From: Bigelowiella natans CCMP2755
Taxonomy: Eukaryota > Protista > Cercozoa
DNA length: 63,977 bases
Direction: 5' to 3'
Assembly: GCA_000320545.1 (NCBI GenBank)
Contig: ADNK01000118.1
Coordinates: 1-63,977, forward strand
Position numbers and translations under genes: made by a program. Below are positions 1 through 11,462 of this stretch, piece by piece. Numbering within the stretch: the stretch's first letter is position 1; every line of letters begins with the position of its first letter. The notes under the pieces are model-generated. The model was not told the DNA's origin and did not search any database. It saw only the letters and a program-made list of their open reading frames with translations.

Positions 1-3000
1 CTGCTGCTGCTCGTTAGAGTCGTCGAGAAAGTAGAGGGGTCGGATATGGCCACTCGCTAAGAGCAATACCTTCCTGTAACAGCAGAGTCCACCAAGAAAT
101 TGAATCAACACCACACACGCACACACACACACAAATACAAATAACCCGAGGCATGCGACTCACGTGGAATGTATATACAGCATTGAAACGACATCTTCGG
201 TACTACTGCTACTACTACTACTACTACTACAACTACTACTACTACCATGAAATGTGCGCCTAAGACCCGTGTGACATTGAGTAGGTTGGCTGCTACTGCG
301 GCCATTTTGAGGAGTAAGATCTCTCTTCCCTCCTCGTTACGCTCCTCCACACTGCCCCCATTGCTCTTTGAAGTGCTAGTGGCGGCGGTGGTGTCGAACA
401 AGGAAGAAGACGAGATTTTGGCCACTGATGCGGCCTCAGCAAGTGAAAGAATAGGAGGGGAGGAGGACGATGATGGTGCTGGGGCTACTGCTGTACGAAC
501 GGCACGCTCTTGTAGCAGATATCGAGGTTTGCCCCTGTTTTGTGGGATAGCCGCGATGATATTCCAACCTTTGATGACAGGGCGGCGAATAGGAGTCTTC
601 GTCTCGTCAGCACCCATGCTGGTGATGGGGGGGGAGGTTGAGTTGGTGCTGTTGCTCCAGGGAAGAAGCCATAACTCGAGTATTTGTCCAAGACGGACAG
701 GGATCCGGTCGTAAGGCTCGCCTTTCACTTCAAAAGCGATTGGCGATGATGATGATGATGATGATGATGCTGATGATGATGATGGCGCGGTATCCTCTGC
801 AAAGCATAGAGTAAGTATACAGAATAGGAATTAGTGACACGGACGATGACGTTGTGCTGCAATGTTGTTGTTGTTGTTGATGATGATATTGATGATGTCA
901 CTAGGATGATGCAGATGGTGGGCGATGATCTGCCCAACGCGGAATGATGAGAACCTTGATTTAATTGCGAGATTAGTTCTGAGAAATGCTGCTTCCTCCG
1001 TTTCCTTGCACGCCCACCATCGTCGGTGGCGGCGGTGGTGGTGCTCTCTCCAATCAACTTGGTATACAGAGGAGAGTGCCGGACTACTCTTCCACGCACG
1101 CTAGCGAGCTTATTCCACTCTGCGGTAAAGTTCTGGAAATTCTCCTCCCACCACTGCGAAATATAAGTAATCAAAGAGGGGCGCTACATGTGTTACTTAC
1201 TCATCACCATGCTCTTGCAGTATAGTGTCACCGCGCGCGGTAAGATAGTAGTAGTAGTAGTAGTAGTGGTGGTAGTAGTAGTCGTAGTCTCAAGCAAGGA
1301 CAGGTACACAATACACTGGTGATGATCTTTCTTCTTCTTCTTCTCACCCATTCGTTCTCTCTCTGCGTGTTCGTAGCCAGGCTTTTGGGGTTCTTCGCCG
1401 CGACATCAGGAGCAAATCGCACAGCGGCTGGAAACGGCACGCGCACTTGAGGAGCGCACACAACGTCGGCATATCCGCATGGCCACGCATCCAACGAATA
1501 CGTCGGGGGTATGATCTCGCTTTCTCCCGCCGTCTTGTTGTTGTTATTGTTGTTGTTGTTGTTGTTGTTATTCTGCTGCTCTTCGAGCCGTTGCCGTCCG
1601 TCCACCTGGCGAGCTTGGAGGAGTCGCACCACTACCCTGTCCATGTTGGAGTTGAACATGCCGACAAAACCCTCGCAGAAAAGCCCCGCAATGTACATAT
1701 TTAGAATGGCCAAGGCGCCCTGTGATCACATATCCACAACACCGGAGGAGGAGAATTCTATGTGTTCGTGACTCTTCTCTCTGGAATGAATGCGAGTTGT
1801 TACAACAACAACAACTACTACTACTACTAGTAGTACTAGTAGTTCTACTCTACTACCGCTACAACGAAAGCTATAGATCAGCGGCAGAACTTGCTATAGA
1901 CGCTGCTTATAAACGACGAGGCTGCGATGATATCAGTGAATATCTGACAGAGGGTTGTGCAATGCTCTCTCTTTCTTTTTAATTTTCTCTTAAGGTCCTT
2001 CTCCTCCTCCTCCCCCTTCCCCTCCACGTACAGTATGGCAGCCATTCAGAGATCCCGCAGCAATCGAAAAGAAGGCATCGGCTCCTTTACTCATCTTGGA
2101 GTCATCCCACCCCTATGTTTGTACAGCGACAGTGCATGTAAACTTTCGAGATAAATCTTTGGGGTAGGGGTGGGAGACACATGCTGTTGAAGTCTCTCGA
2201 GGAAAACTAGGTACGATGAAACCGTGTTATCGTATCTATGCTTTTTTAGTAACGACGACACTATTGTCCATCCCCCTCCCCCTTTCCCCCCCTCTTCTAA
2301 TTCACTCATTTTCATCCCATTGATTGATATTGTTACACCGCCTCCCTCCCTCCCTCCCTCCCTCCCTCCCTCCCTCCCTACCTACCTTTTGGCTAAATTT
2401 GGGTTTATCAATAGAGATAAAGGTCCATCGTCTGCGCAGTTCTTTGTCGGATATCACCTGGAAGCATAAAGTTAGTAGTATACGGTTGTCGGTGGTTGGT
2501 GTGTCGGCCTCCTCCGCGCAGCACACTTTGTATGCGTGTATGGCGGCGCGAATAATAGTACCTGCTCTATCACTTCCATATCATCAGTAAAAAGAAATAT
2601 CGACTTGAATGCCCGTCCTACATAGAATCAGCATGGTCATCGCTCACATTGTCAGTACCGCATCAACTTCAACCTCCTCCCCCCCCCCCCCTTCTTTCTC
2701 ATTCTCATTATTATCGATACCGTTTTTATCTCTCATAGAGTCGGCAACTTCCATGAATCTTTCGAAACGTATATAAAACGCCTGGAATGTAAGCAAATGC
2801 CGCATCGTCAATATACACGTGGAATGCTCATAAGCTGTTCATCGTCATCTCATCGATTAAGTAGTCTTCTTCTTCTTCTTCTTCTTCTTCTTCTTCTTCC
2901 CTTGCCGCATCATCACCTTCCTGAACCACTACTGCTACTACTACTACTACTACTACTACTACCACTACTACTACTGTAACTTCGATCCGCTACAATTACT

Positions 3001-5260
3001 ACAAGTCTCTCAGCAGAAGAACACCTCGAATTTAGTCTTCCCATGCCTTACGTGCATGGCTAGGATAGGTTTTGGAATCTCGTCCCAGTCTAGATATTTC
3101 CTGAATAAAACGTAGTTTTTCACCGAATGCTAATGGCGGGGCAACGAGCAACGATTTGCGGCACTTCAGGTGAGAGCGGGTGATTCCCTCGCTCGCCCCC
3201 TCGGACAAAGGCACGATAATCGCTATGTTTGCACATGGCTAGGTAAACAAGCAGCGGCACATTGTACGACAAGAGCGATGCTAGCAGTCGTAACTTGATG
3301 TTGGTGATTTGGCGAGCCATTTGCTGGTTGGGTTGCATGAGGTAGAAGACAAGCTCGGAGGATGCCCCTGGAGGACCAAAAGCAAACGATGAGACTTTCT
3401 CTCAGGAAATTGCCCACCGTGGACACACACAATCAGTAGTATCTCTGCATCGTCCCCCAACCCTGAATGGCAATGCTTGCTATTGTAACTAGAACAAAGA
3501 AGGGAGTGGGAGAGAGAGGGAGAGGGGAGGAGGGAGAGACTACTCATGCGGTCCAATCCTTGATGGTACTGCTTGAAGTCGCACATTCCTCTTTGCATCG
3601 TAACGTCCTTTCCCTTCTCAAAAGGGAGGGGGGAGCCGCTACACATATGATGTTGCTGAAAGTAGCACCCATGGCCTCCCGCACTATATACAATAAGATA
3701 TAAGTTAGCTGGTGATGAGCATCCAGAAAAACCCGGCTATCCCCATCGGCATCTTGCTTCTTTGTCTTCTTCTTCTTCTTCTTCTTCTTCATGGTCATCA
3801 CGATCATCATCCTTGTCACGCATCATCGCTTACGGGCAGGCTCCTAGGTCAGTGAAGGCCCATTGCCATTGTTCGCCTCTTCTGGCATCGCCTACAACCA
3901 TAGAACCTCCTTCCACAGCAAGCGCGCACCCGAACCCCTGCATGATAGCAACACATATGTAACATGCTATATTCTCCTGCGTGTGTCATCATGGAGATGA
4001 TTGAATCTTGTCATTGAATTAGTAACTACTAGTACTGCTGCAACCGCTACCACCATAGGTACAAGTCGTATGCACTTTGCTCATTGCAGCATCATGGCTG
4101 CTTGTTACCAAAACATATGCGATAGGCCACTCACCGCTATCATATGGCAAATCCTTGCCCCTAATCCTCTCCATGCATGAGGGCGTGATGTCTGGGAAAA
4201 ATGATGCACGTTTTCGCCCCCGCACTTCGCCTGTTCGGTTTGGGATTATGTGATTGAAAATTTCAATATTTATGATGGTAGCGAATCCAATGCTGACAGC
4301 CCCCAATGCAATAAGGAATAGTTGGGAAATTCTCGCCATCATTATCATCGTTGCCACTATCGATTTTGGCATAGTATCATGAGCAGTAACAAAAGCAGCA
4401 AACTAGCAAGGCCTTATCACCCCACGCGTACATTACCCACCTCACAGAGCTGTCGTTTTATGAGGAAAATCCTGAATTTCCATACAGGGTCCTCTGGGTC
4501 GATGAAGTAATCATCATCATCTTCTTCTTCTTTCCCGAGAAGGCGCATGAAAGAATAGTGTCGCCGAACAAGCTGTTATTACGGTCGTGTCAACGATGAT
4601 GATCACAATGGTGAATAATGACAATCATGAACACTAGCATCCACTATACTAGTCCGCCGTTTCCTAAGGAAAAACTTTTCAATATCTCTCACTGCATGAA
4701 CTCCCCGAGCTTGCAAATACCTCCACGTAGCTTTTTGACTGGCAAAGAGCACGTGTAATGTTGGCCTCCTCCTCTTTCTTGCTTGGCGTCGTTATAGGAA
4801 CGGACCCAGGGGAGCATATATCGTCAAGCTTCACAATTGCCTCAGAATGCTTGCCTTGGATGAGAGCCGGCATAATGACATTATTGACACCAGCAGACGA
4901 CGGGCTGCTCTTATTGACAGATGGTTGTTCTTCTGTACGATTTGAAGATGCTTCCTCAACATCTTCGTCATTGTTTTCCATCGTCCATAGGTCGATTTCG
5001 CTGTCGAGCGAAGAGGGCAACTGCACCTACAGAAGAAACCGCAAAGGGGATATGACGACTCAAACCAATATGTTGATAAAATTCAAAATCCCAGCAACAG
5101 TGCACATTTTATAGGCGTACCGTCCAAAAATATACTTTTTATTTAATACCTTGCCGACCACCAATGCGCCATCCGTCGTGCCACTTAGGAAGAGTTGATC
5201 CGCAGACAGTAACAAGATACCCACGAGAAATATTGAACATATGACTCCGGTGAGATTCAT
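1..5260 (-). CDS. Multi-exon glycosyltransferase, GT23 (FUT8/NodZ-like alpha-fucosyltransferase); 3' end probably runs off the window
   Basis: N-terminal type II anchor MNLTGVICSIFLVGILLLSAD (from 5260) splices in phase (GGCAAG|gt...ag|GTGCAG) to the exon at 5026. Later exons give PILAMHVRHG (~3040-3070; GT23 HVRxGD motif), RRFIYVSKD (~2760-2785) and AILNMYIAGLFCEGFVGMFNSNMDRVVVRLL (~1620-1713). Exons at 1-1230 may belong to this gene or to a second one. Confidence 0.6.
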
Positions 5261-5699
5261 TATATTGGGCTACTGCACCAATAAGAGAAGGCACCAGACC
5301 CGGAAACCTCCAGACAGCCGTGCGGTGTTCGCAATTCGTAACAACGACGTTGAATGCTTGCCGTATATCTGAAGTAAGGAAGCGAAAGTAGAGATGGTGG
5401 TAATGTGCGTGTGTGCGAGCGTTGGGGCTGGACAGATCAAGGGGAAGGAGGTTGTAGGCAGCGTGAGCCATGCAATGATCAGCAGATCATCGTCGTCGCC
5501 GCTATCATCATCATCATCACCATCGTATTAGGATCATCGCGAAATGAAACGAAACTATACCTAAATCCCTGTGTTTTTCAAGTGCGACTTGACCAAAAGA
5601 GTAATTTATTTACTAAGCTCATTGTAAAGCGACAAGGTGTCTTGAGGGGGAAACCAACATGGAGATGAGAAGACCCGAAAACATCCCAAAAAAGGTGCC

Positions 5700-6420
5700 T
5701 AGAGGAAGGAAAACAAGTGAAATTGGATCAGCAGAGAATTCCAGCTGAAGAGAAAACGGGCGAAGTCAAAAACGAGGAGAGAAAACTTGCGCAACTTCTT
5801 AACTCAGCAGCGTGGCCGCAGTGTCTTGCAACACTTTGGAAATGTAGTTTTTCATCATTGTTTCATTGTTTCACTTTCAACAACAGGCACAGACACGCTG
5901 GCTGGCCACTGCACGTCTGGACATGCTGAGCATGGGTCAGCACGCATGGCATGGCACTGTGTCGAGATGCAGGACGTGCACGTTCTGTTCTCACGTGCAG
6001 TTCAGTGTGTGGTTCCTCAGTTGACGTGTGGTAGTGATTCAACCAAGCCTTGCAATTTCTGATCCTCACAGCAACAAGAAAATTGCCTGTCATTGGTGAA
6101 CGATTGTGTGCAAGGCTGTGCTGGCGTGCTCGCACAATTGACACAATGTGCAGGTGTTCATAACTGTCATCCACACTCTACGTCTGTGCACAGGCAGAAC
6201 AACATTGTCGCGTTGCACACGTCCAGACGTGCACACAGCGCATGCGCTAGATGCGTGCTGTCATGTCCAATGTGCATGAGGCGAGGGCACCTAGCACCTA
6301 GCACCAATGACAGCTGGGTGCAATGCAGTTGTGCATGTGCTGTCATGGCTGTGTCCATTACATCTGCATCACCTTGTCACGTCTAGACGTGCGATGAATC
6401 GCAATGCATGTTTTCAAGAA
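5700..6420. other. TpA-depleted, CA/TG/CG-rich intergenic island
   Basis: About 7 TA in 5850-6420 by hand count, 4 of them in CTAG. Confidence 0.8.
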
Positions 6421-6429
6421 TTAGTCTAG

Positions 6430-6471
<42 letters not shown>

Positions 6472-6847
6472 ACGCACATGGTCTAAGAAAGCTTTGTTCT
6501 TCAAGTGACAACTATGTAAATGCTGGCTTGATGATGCCACACACTGCATTATCTGTATGTGATGATCACCAACTTATTATTTTTGTTGCACATGTGCGTG
6601 TACATTCGAAACTTATCCGTCATGCGTGTAGAACACAATGGAACGATACTATCCAATCCAGCGACTATGTATGGAGTGTTATGTAACAATGCTATCCAGA
6701 GTTCAGTAAATGGAGTCTACTTGATAAAATGTATGGCATGCTCTGCTATGTTTGGTTCAAGGCCACATGCTATCTCATTTCAAGGTGCATCCGTGTGCGT
6801 GTGCATGCGCAACACAGCACACTTGACCATCGGGAAAGAATACCTAA

Positions 6848-8869
6848 TTAAAGCACCTCAGTGCTTGTGCTCGCTATTCCATCTGACATAGAGCGGGATA
6901 GCCCCAGGGGCCTCTTCGCAGAACCAGGTAGCTCATTGAATTGAACGATCACACAGGTGATGTCGTCTTGGTAGCTGCCGTTTGTTTGAGCCCTCCAGCA
7001 CTCCCGTGCCCGGTTACAGAGCCTACGTGCGGCGGTATCCAAATCGTTTCGCTTTTCTAAAGCCTCGGATTCTACAATCATCCTCACCACCTCGGCGTTC
7101 CCCAAATATTCCCAAATACCATCTGACGCCCATATAGCGAAAATGTCTTCACGGCTTAGCTGATGCTCTGTCAATTCAGCGTCTCCTACCACATATGGGT
7201 GTAGGGCAAAATCACCAATAGACCTAGACACTGCAAGACCGAAACCCGCGGAACCAAAGACACGCGCGGGTTGGTTTGGCCACACCACCACTTTCCCACC
7301 ACGACTTGTTATTCGTTTTTTCTCTGGAGGATCGTCTGGCTTGTGATCATGAGACAGAGGGACGATTTCGAGTTGCATTCCTAGGGCCGATATAACCTCT
7401 TTGCCACCAGAAGAAGACGATGAAGAAGAAGACGGGTCTGTGCTATCACTCTTCCCTTTTTCTTCATCTTCTCCCTTCGGAGAATTCGATTTTATTCGGC
7501 ACAAAACACACCTAGAGTCGCCCACATTGGCGGTGTACAGTCGACCACCTGATTTGAGAGTGACAACAGCAGTCGTTCCGCTATGACTGGCATCCAAGTG
7601 CGAGTTCTTCCTTGCTGCTCCGCTTTTTATTGCTGCCTGAATGGACCGTAGATACGCGACGACATCTTCCAATATGTGGACGATATGCTTGCCAGGGGTT
7701 CGACGTAGCCTTTGTCGTTGCTTTCCGACGGATTCCATTATTCTCTTGGACGATTCCTGAGCGATGTGGTGTCCCTTCTCACCATGTCCGTCGAGCACAC
7801 CAAACACGGCAGCTTGAGGCTCTCCGGGAACCTTCTTTAGCTCTACCCTTCTGTCCTGATTCACTTTGCTTGGATCACTGCGGTTGTACCCTTGAATAGA
7901 GTGGGAACCCGTTCGCATTTCAAATCTCTTGCTGCCGACATTCTGGCTTTCCTTTCTCTTCTGTTTCAAAGCTTCTTCCTCCTCTGGTGTCAACACGCGC
8001 GCCATAATATCTAGAAAGTCTATCTCTGCCTCAGTATCAAATTCATCAAAGCGAACAAGACAGCCACCGTACAAAATCTGTGCGACCTTCCCCTTGTACA
8101 TAATTCCATCTTCTTCCCAAACAGCCCAGACGAGAGACCCCTCCTTCACATCTGACCGCTCGAGAGATTTGAAAGGAGTCATTGACCCAAAGTCGACCAC
8201 GACGGTGTCGTTGACACCATACTGGAGAAAATATACTTGGGCTTTGTTATCACCGTTCACTGACTCAATTCGGGCCGGATAATTTTCTCCGTCCTCCCAT
8301 AGTACCATGCAGCGCATTCCAGGTGTCCAAGTTGCTTCTTTCGTCGGAGCAGTAACTGCTACAACTCCAGAATTATTATTGTATCCAATGAGTGATTTTA
8401 GTTGCTCCCTTGCTTGGATCATTGCCTGGTCATCCGGGGCAACAGCAAGAATAGCATTCACTTTGTCAAGCTGGTCCTGCAAACTCTCGGCTGTGTTGTC
8501 TGTGGTTGGAGGTGCTGCAATGGAGCTTGTAGATTCAGCTTTGGTGTCTAGGTTCTCGCCAAGTCTTACCTCTTCGATAATCGGCGCTCTCTTCACTTTT
8601 ACATCGTCGTCAAAAAGATCATCGACCTCCTTTCCTATGTCCGTCGCAGATTTTCTCTGTCTTTTGCCACTACCTCCTGCGAGCGAGAATTCGAAAGACA
8701 AAAAATTAGGGAAATCATGCTCGAATAATTGAAAATTAAATTCATGGGTTAGTCTAGGGACGAAACCCCCCCTGTAATACACGGAGTCTAAGCTGAAGGT
8801 CAGGGTTGATGTCGCTGAGACCTGTGGCGGCTGGAAGCCATTCCCGCTTGCGTTGGGACATTTGTGCAT
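6848..8869 (-). CDS. PP2C/PPM phosphatase fused to an SPF30-like N-terminal helix and two Tudor domains
   Basis: 673-aa ORF. PP2C motifs NQDR, FGVLDGHG, SGTTAVV, ANVGDSR, DHKPD, GLAVSRSIGD, ASDGIWE, DDITC. Tudor repeats WTPGMRCMVLWEDGENYPARI and EGSLVWAVWEEDGIMYKGKV. True start uncertain (possible intron acceptor near 8678). Confidence 0.9.
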   Translation of the reverse strand: MHKCPNASGNGFQPPQVSATSTLTFSLDSVYYRGGFVPRLTHEFNFQLFEHDFPNFLSFEFSLAGGSGKRQRKSATDIGKEVDDLFDDDVKVKRAPIIEEVRLGENLDTKAESTSSIAAPPTTDNTAESLQDQLDKVNAILAVAPDDQAMIQAREQLKSLIGYNNNSGVVAVTAPTKEATWTPGMRCMVLWEDGENYPARIESVNGDNKAQVYFLQYGVNDTVVVDFGSMTPFKSLERSDVKEGSLVWAVWEEDGIMYKGKVAQILYGGCLVRFDEFDTEAEIDFLDIMARVLTPEEEEALKQKRKESQNVGSKRFEMRTGSHSIQGYNRSDPSKVNQDRRVELKKVPGEPQAAVFGVLDGHGEKGHHIAQESSKRIMESVGKQRQRLRRTPGKHIVHILEDVVAYLRSIQAAIKSGAARKNSHLDASHSGTTAVVTLKSGGRLYTANVGDSRCVLCRIKSNSPKGEDEEKGKSDSTDPSSSSSSSSGGKEVISALGMQLEIVPLSHDHKPDDPPEKKRITSRGGKVVVWPNQPARVFGSAGFGLAVSRSIGDFALHPYVVGDAELTEHQLSREDIFAIWASDGIWEYLGNAEVVRMIVESEALEKRNDLDTAARRLCNRARECWRAQTNGSYQDDITCVIVQFNELPGSAKRPLGLSRSMSDGIASTSTEVL

Positions 8870-9071
8870 AAGTGAGGCGAATCTTTCCCTACGGCAACCT
8901 TATGCTCTGGTCGCTCATATAAAATCATGGGACGATGTTCAAACACCGTTCTCTCACGGAAGAACTTGAGGGAGATGATTTGATTGTCGCATGGTAAAAA
9001 CGACATGCATTCTTGTTCCTGGATAACAAAACAGCTTGGCGCGCTCTGAGCTCCTATAATTACCCATAAAC

Positions 9072-10709
9072 ATGGGGAAGAGGAGGAACGTGTTGGAGCT
9101 CCTGCAAACTCCACGCTCCGCTTTCTCCTCGTCAGCGTCCTCGTCTTCTGATAGTGACGTTAGAACTCCTTTTCAAAAAAAGAATGACAAGGAAAAGATG
9201 AACAGAACGGAACAGAAATCGAAGCTACGCTCGGGATTTCAGGCGTTGAGGCACTTCTCTGAGGACGACTATTTTACAATAAACTCGAGTACCTCCCTCA
9301 AAGCTTTTTCTAATCATGGCAGTGCCCGAAAACCTTCGAGAGCTAAACCTTCGAGAGCTGGTCATTCTTTTGCTCGACCGCCGTTACGATCCCTGCAGTC
9401 AACGCCTCATGGGAACAGACCTATGTTGTCAATCTCTGAGCAAATTAGATCAGAGAAACTTCGACGGTCTCAATCCAAGCGCGTCTCTTTGTTATCTTCC
9501 GAAAAATGTGGTTTTAGTGCCCCTTCAAGATCTAAAAAAAGACCATTGTCCGAGATTCTCCGAAGTCCGGCTTATGGCCTTCCATTGGGACCGGAGGAGG
9601 AAGAAATTTTGGAGGACTTTGAAGATGTGTCGCAGAAAACTATTCGAAACCATGCAGAGATCAAAACTGTACAACCACCTCCTCTTCAAAGTAGAGACAA
9701 TAACCAAGATGATGGCATAATTCGGGTCCTATTTTCGCCGGGGACTCCTCAACCCAAAGCTCCCGTCAGAGATAGAAAATTTCATTCCGAAACTCCTTCG
9801 AGCAAGCTTTCAGGCGCTACCTCCAGCGATTTCTCAAGTGCGAATGGTGACGAATCTAAGCAAGGATCCCCATTCAGAACACCTTTAGTTGCTCCTAATC
9901 CCATCTCAAGGACACCAATGACTTCAAAGAGTGGTTCTCATTGGCTTAACTCAATGCGAAAAACCCCTCGAAATCGAGTACAGAGACCAGCGATAGATAC
10001 GAACACGGTAACAAAATCCGCGGAACTTGCGCGACGAAGAAAACGAGGCGTTAAAACTAAGATCGGACTAGCAGGTAAGCTCCAGAATCTAATCCGAGAC
10101 GTGGAGGCTGAAGCAAATATTCGGTCGCATACGCAGAATGCCTCTGTTATCAATCCTCTGCGCAACGTCCGGCCAGAAGCCTTGCATCCCTATATTATTG
10201 TAAGCGTAGCAAATGTTAGAGCTTACTCTGGCATTTTTGCTTCTGAGTGCATGGTCCATGAGGTATTTCAAGGTTTGCTGGAAGGGAGCAACGGGCAAGA
10301 TGATATTCCCAATGATTCTTGGCGTAGTGAGAGACTGGACATCTTCTTCACACATGAGGTAGCGGAGAAACTTGTCTTGCGGAAGGGGGCATCAGTTTTG
10401 ATAGAATGGCCCTGGGAAACTCGTAAAAATCCACGGACCGGCCGGAGAGAAGTATGGAATACATTCTTTTGCTCAAAATCTAAACGAGCACAACATACTC
10501 TAGAAAGCATGAAACGGAAGTGCACAAACAATTGCCCAATAACAGAAGAAGACTTCTCCCTTCCCTTATTGCCAAGATCGTGCTCCCAGCCAAGTTCTGT
10601 TTCTATCTCTCAAAACAAAGTAGGCGATTGTCCAACTCTAATTGATAGCATGAATATGGTGTACGCCTCGCTGATGTTTTCATCCAATGGGCTTTTAGCA
10701 TTCCACTAA
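9072..10709 (+). CDS. SPIDR-like (scaffold protein involved in DNA repair; DUF4502-type region)
   Basis: 545-aa ORF with a disordered S/R/P-rich N-half, then GLAGKLQNLIRDVEAEANIRSH and IFFTHEVAEKL...VLIEWPWE...VWNTFFC, which resemble my recollection of the conserved SPIDR blocks. A possible terminal intron 10659-10723 would end the CDS at 10759. Confidence 0.6.
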   Translation: MGKRRNVLELLQTPRSAFSSSASSSSDSDVRTPFQKKNDKEKMNRTEQKSKLRSGFQALRHFSEDDYFTINSSTSLKAFSNHGSARKPSRAKPSRAGHSFARPPLRSLQSTPHGNRPMLSISEQIRSEKLRRSQSKRVSLLSSEKCGFSAPSRSKKRPLSEILRSPAYGLPLGPEEEEILEDFEDVSQKTIRNHAEIKTVQPPPLQSRDNNQDDGIIRVLFSPGTPQPKAPVRDRKFHSETPSSKLSGATSSDFSSANGDESKQGSPFRTPLVAPNPISRTPMTSKSGSHWLNSMRKTPRNRVQRPAIDTNTVTKSAELARRRKRGVKTKIGLAGKLQNLIRDVEAEANIRSHTQNASVINPLRNVRPEALHPYIIVSVANVRAYSGIFASECMVHEVFQGLLEGSNGQDDIPNDSWRSERLDIFFTHEVAEKLVLRKGASVLIEWPWETRKNPRTGRREVWNTFFCSKSKRAQHTLESMKRKCTNNCPITEEDFSLPLLPRSCSQPSSVSISQNKVGDCPTLIDSMNMVYASLMFSSNGLLAFH

Positions 10710-11462
10710 TCATGCCCCAACAGAATATACCTTCCGATGCGAATCGTGAACATGTCTGATGTCCTCACACATTGTTCTACATGCAAGGCTGTAGAGAGTG
10801 AACGACTATAGCTAGCTAGGTAGCGACATGGCATATCATGCATAGATGCGCAAACACATACAGTATAAAACCTAGAAACCTCTAGAGGTGTGTACGTATC
10901 TTGCGACGACACATACAAACTAGTCTAGTAGTAGGCAACGCATAGCAACGGACGTGCACTGCTAACTACTACTAGAGTAGGCTATATTGCTATGCCGACG
11001 GTAGTTGTCACCTCATATGCATGGCGCATCGGCTGGTCGGTGACGCGGCGGTTCTTTTCGATATAGCATAGTTATAGAACTCTGTACGTGGTTCAATGAG
11101 AAGGTATGCTAATATGGATCGATGGTGCTACCAGCTAGCCAGCCGGGACAGACTTGCATGGTAAGATTGTGTGCGCATTCATTTATGTATACGTACGAGC
11201 TGCCGCACTTATTTGATGCTAGTAGAGTTGCATGTGTGAAGTATATATGAAACGCGAATCATGATATATATTTGCCTGCATAGTTTCTAGCTGCGGGGAC
11301 TGGATATGTTCAGGATTTTGAGTGTAATTCATTGCGACGTTCGTTACATGTTTGTGCAAAACCATTACGGTATATAACTCCTGACAGCATCATCCTATGC
11401 AAATTCTCAACCACGTATCATTCTACACGATACCCGATTCCACATATGATCAGATCGAGCTC

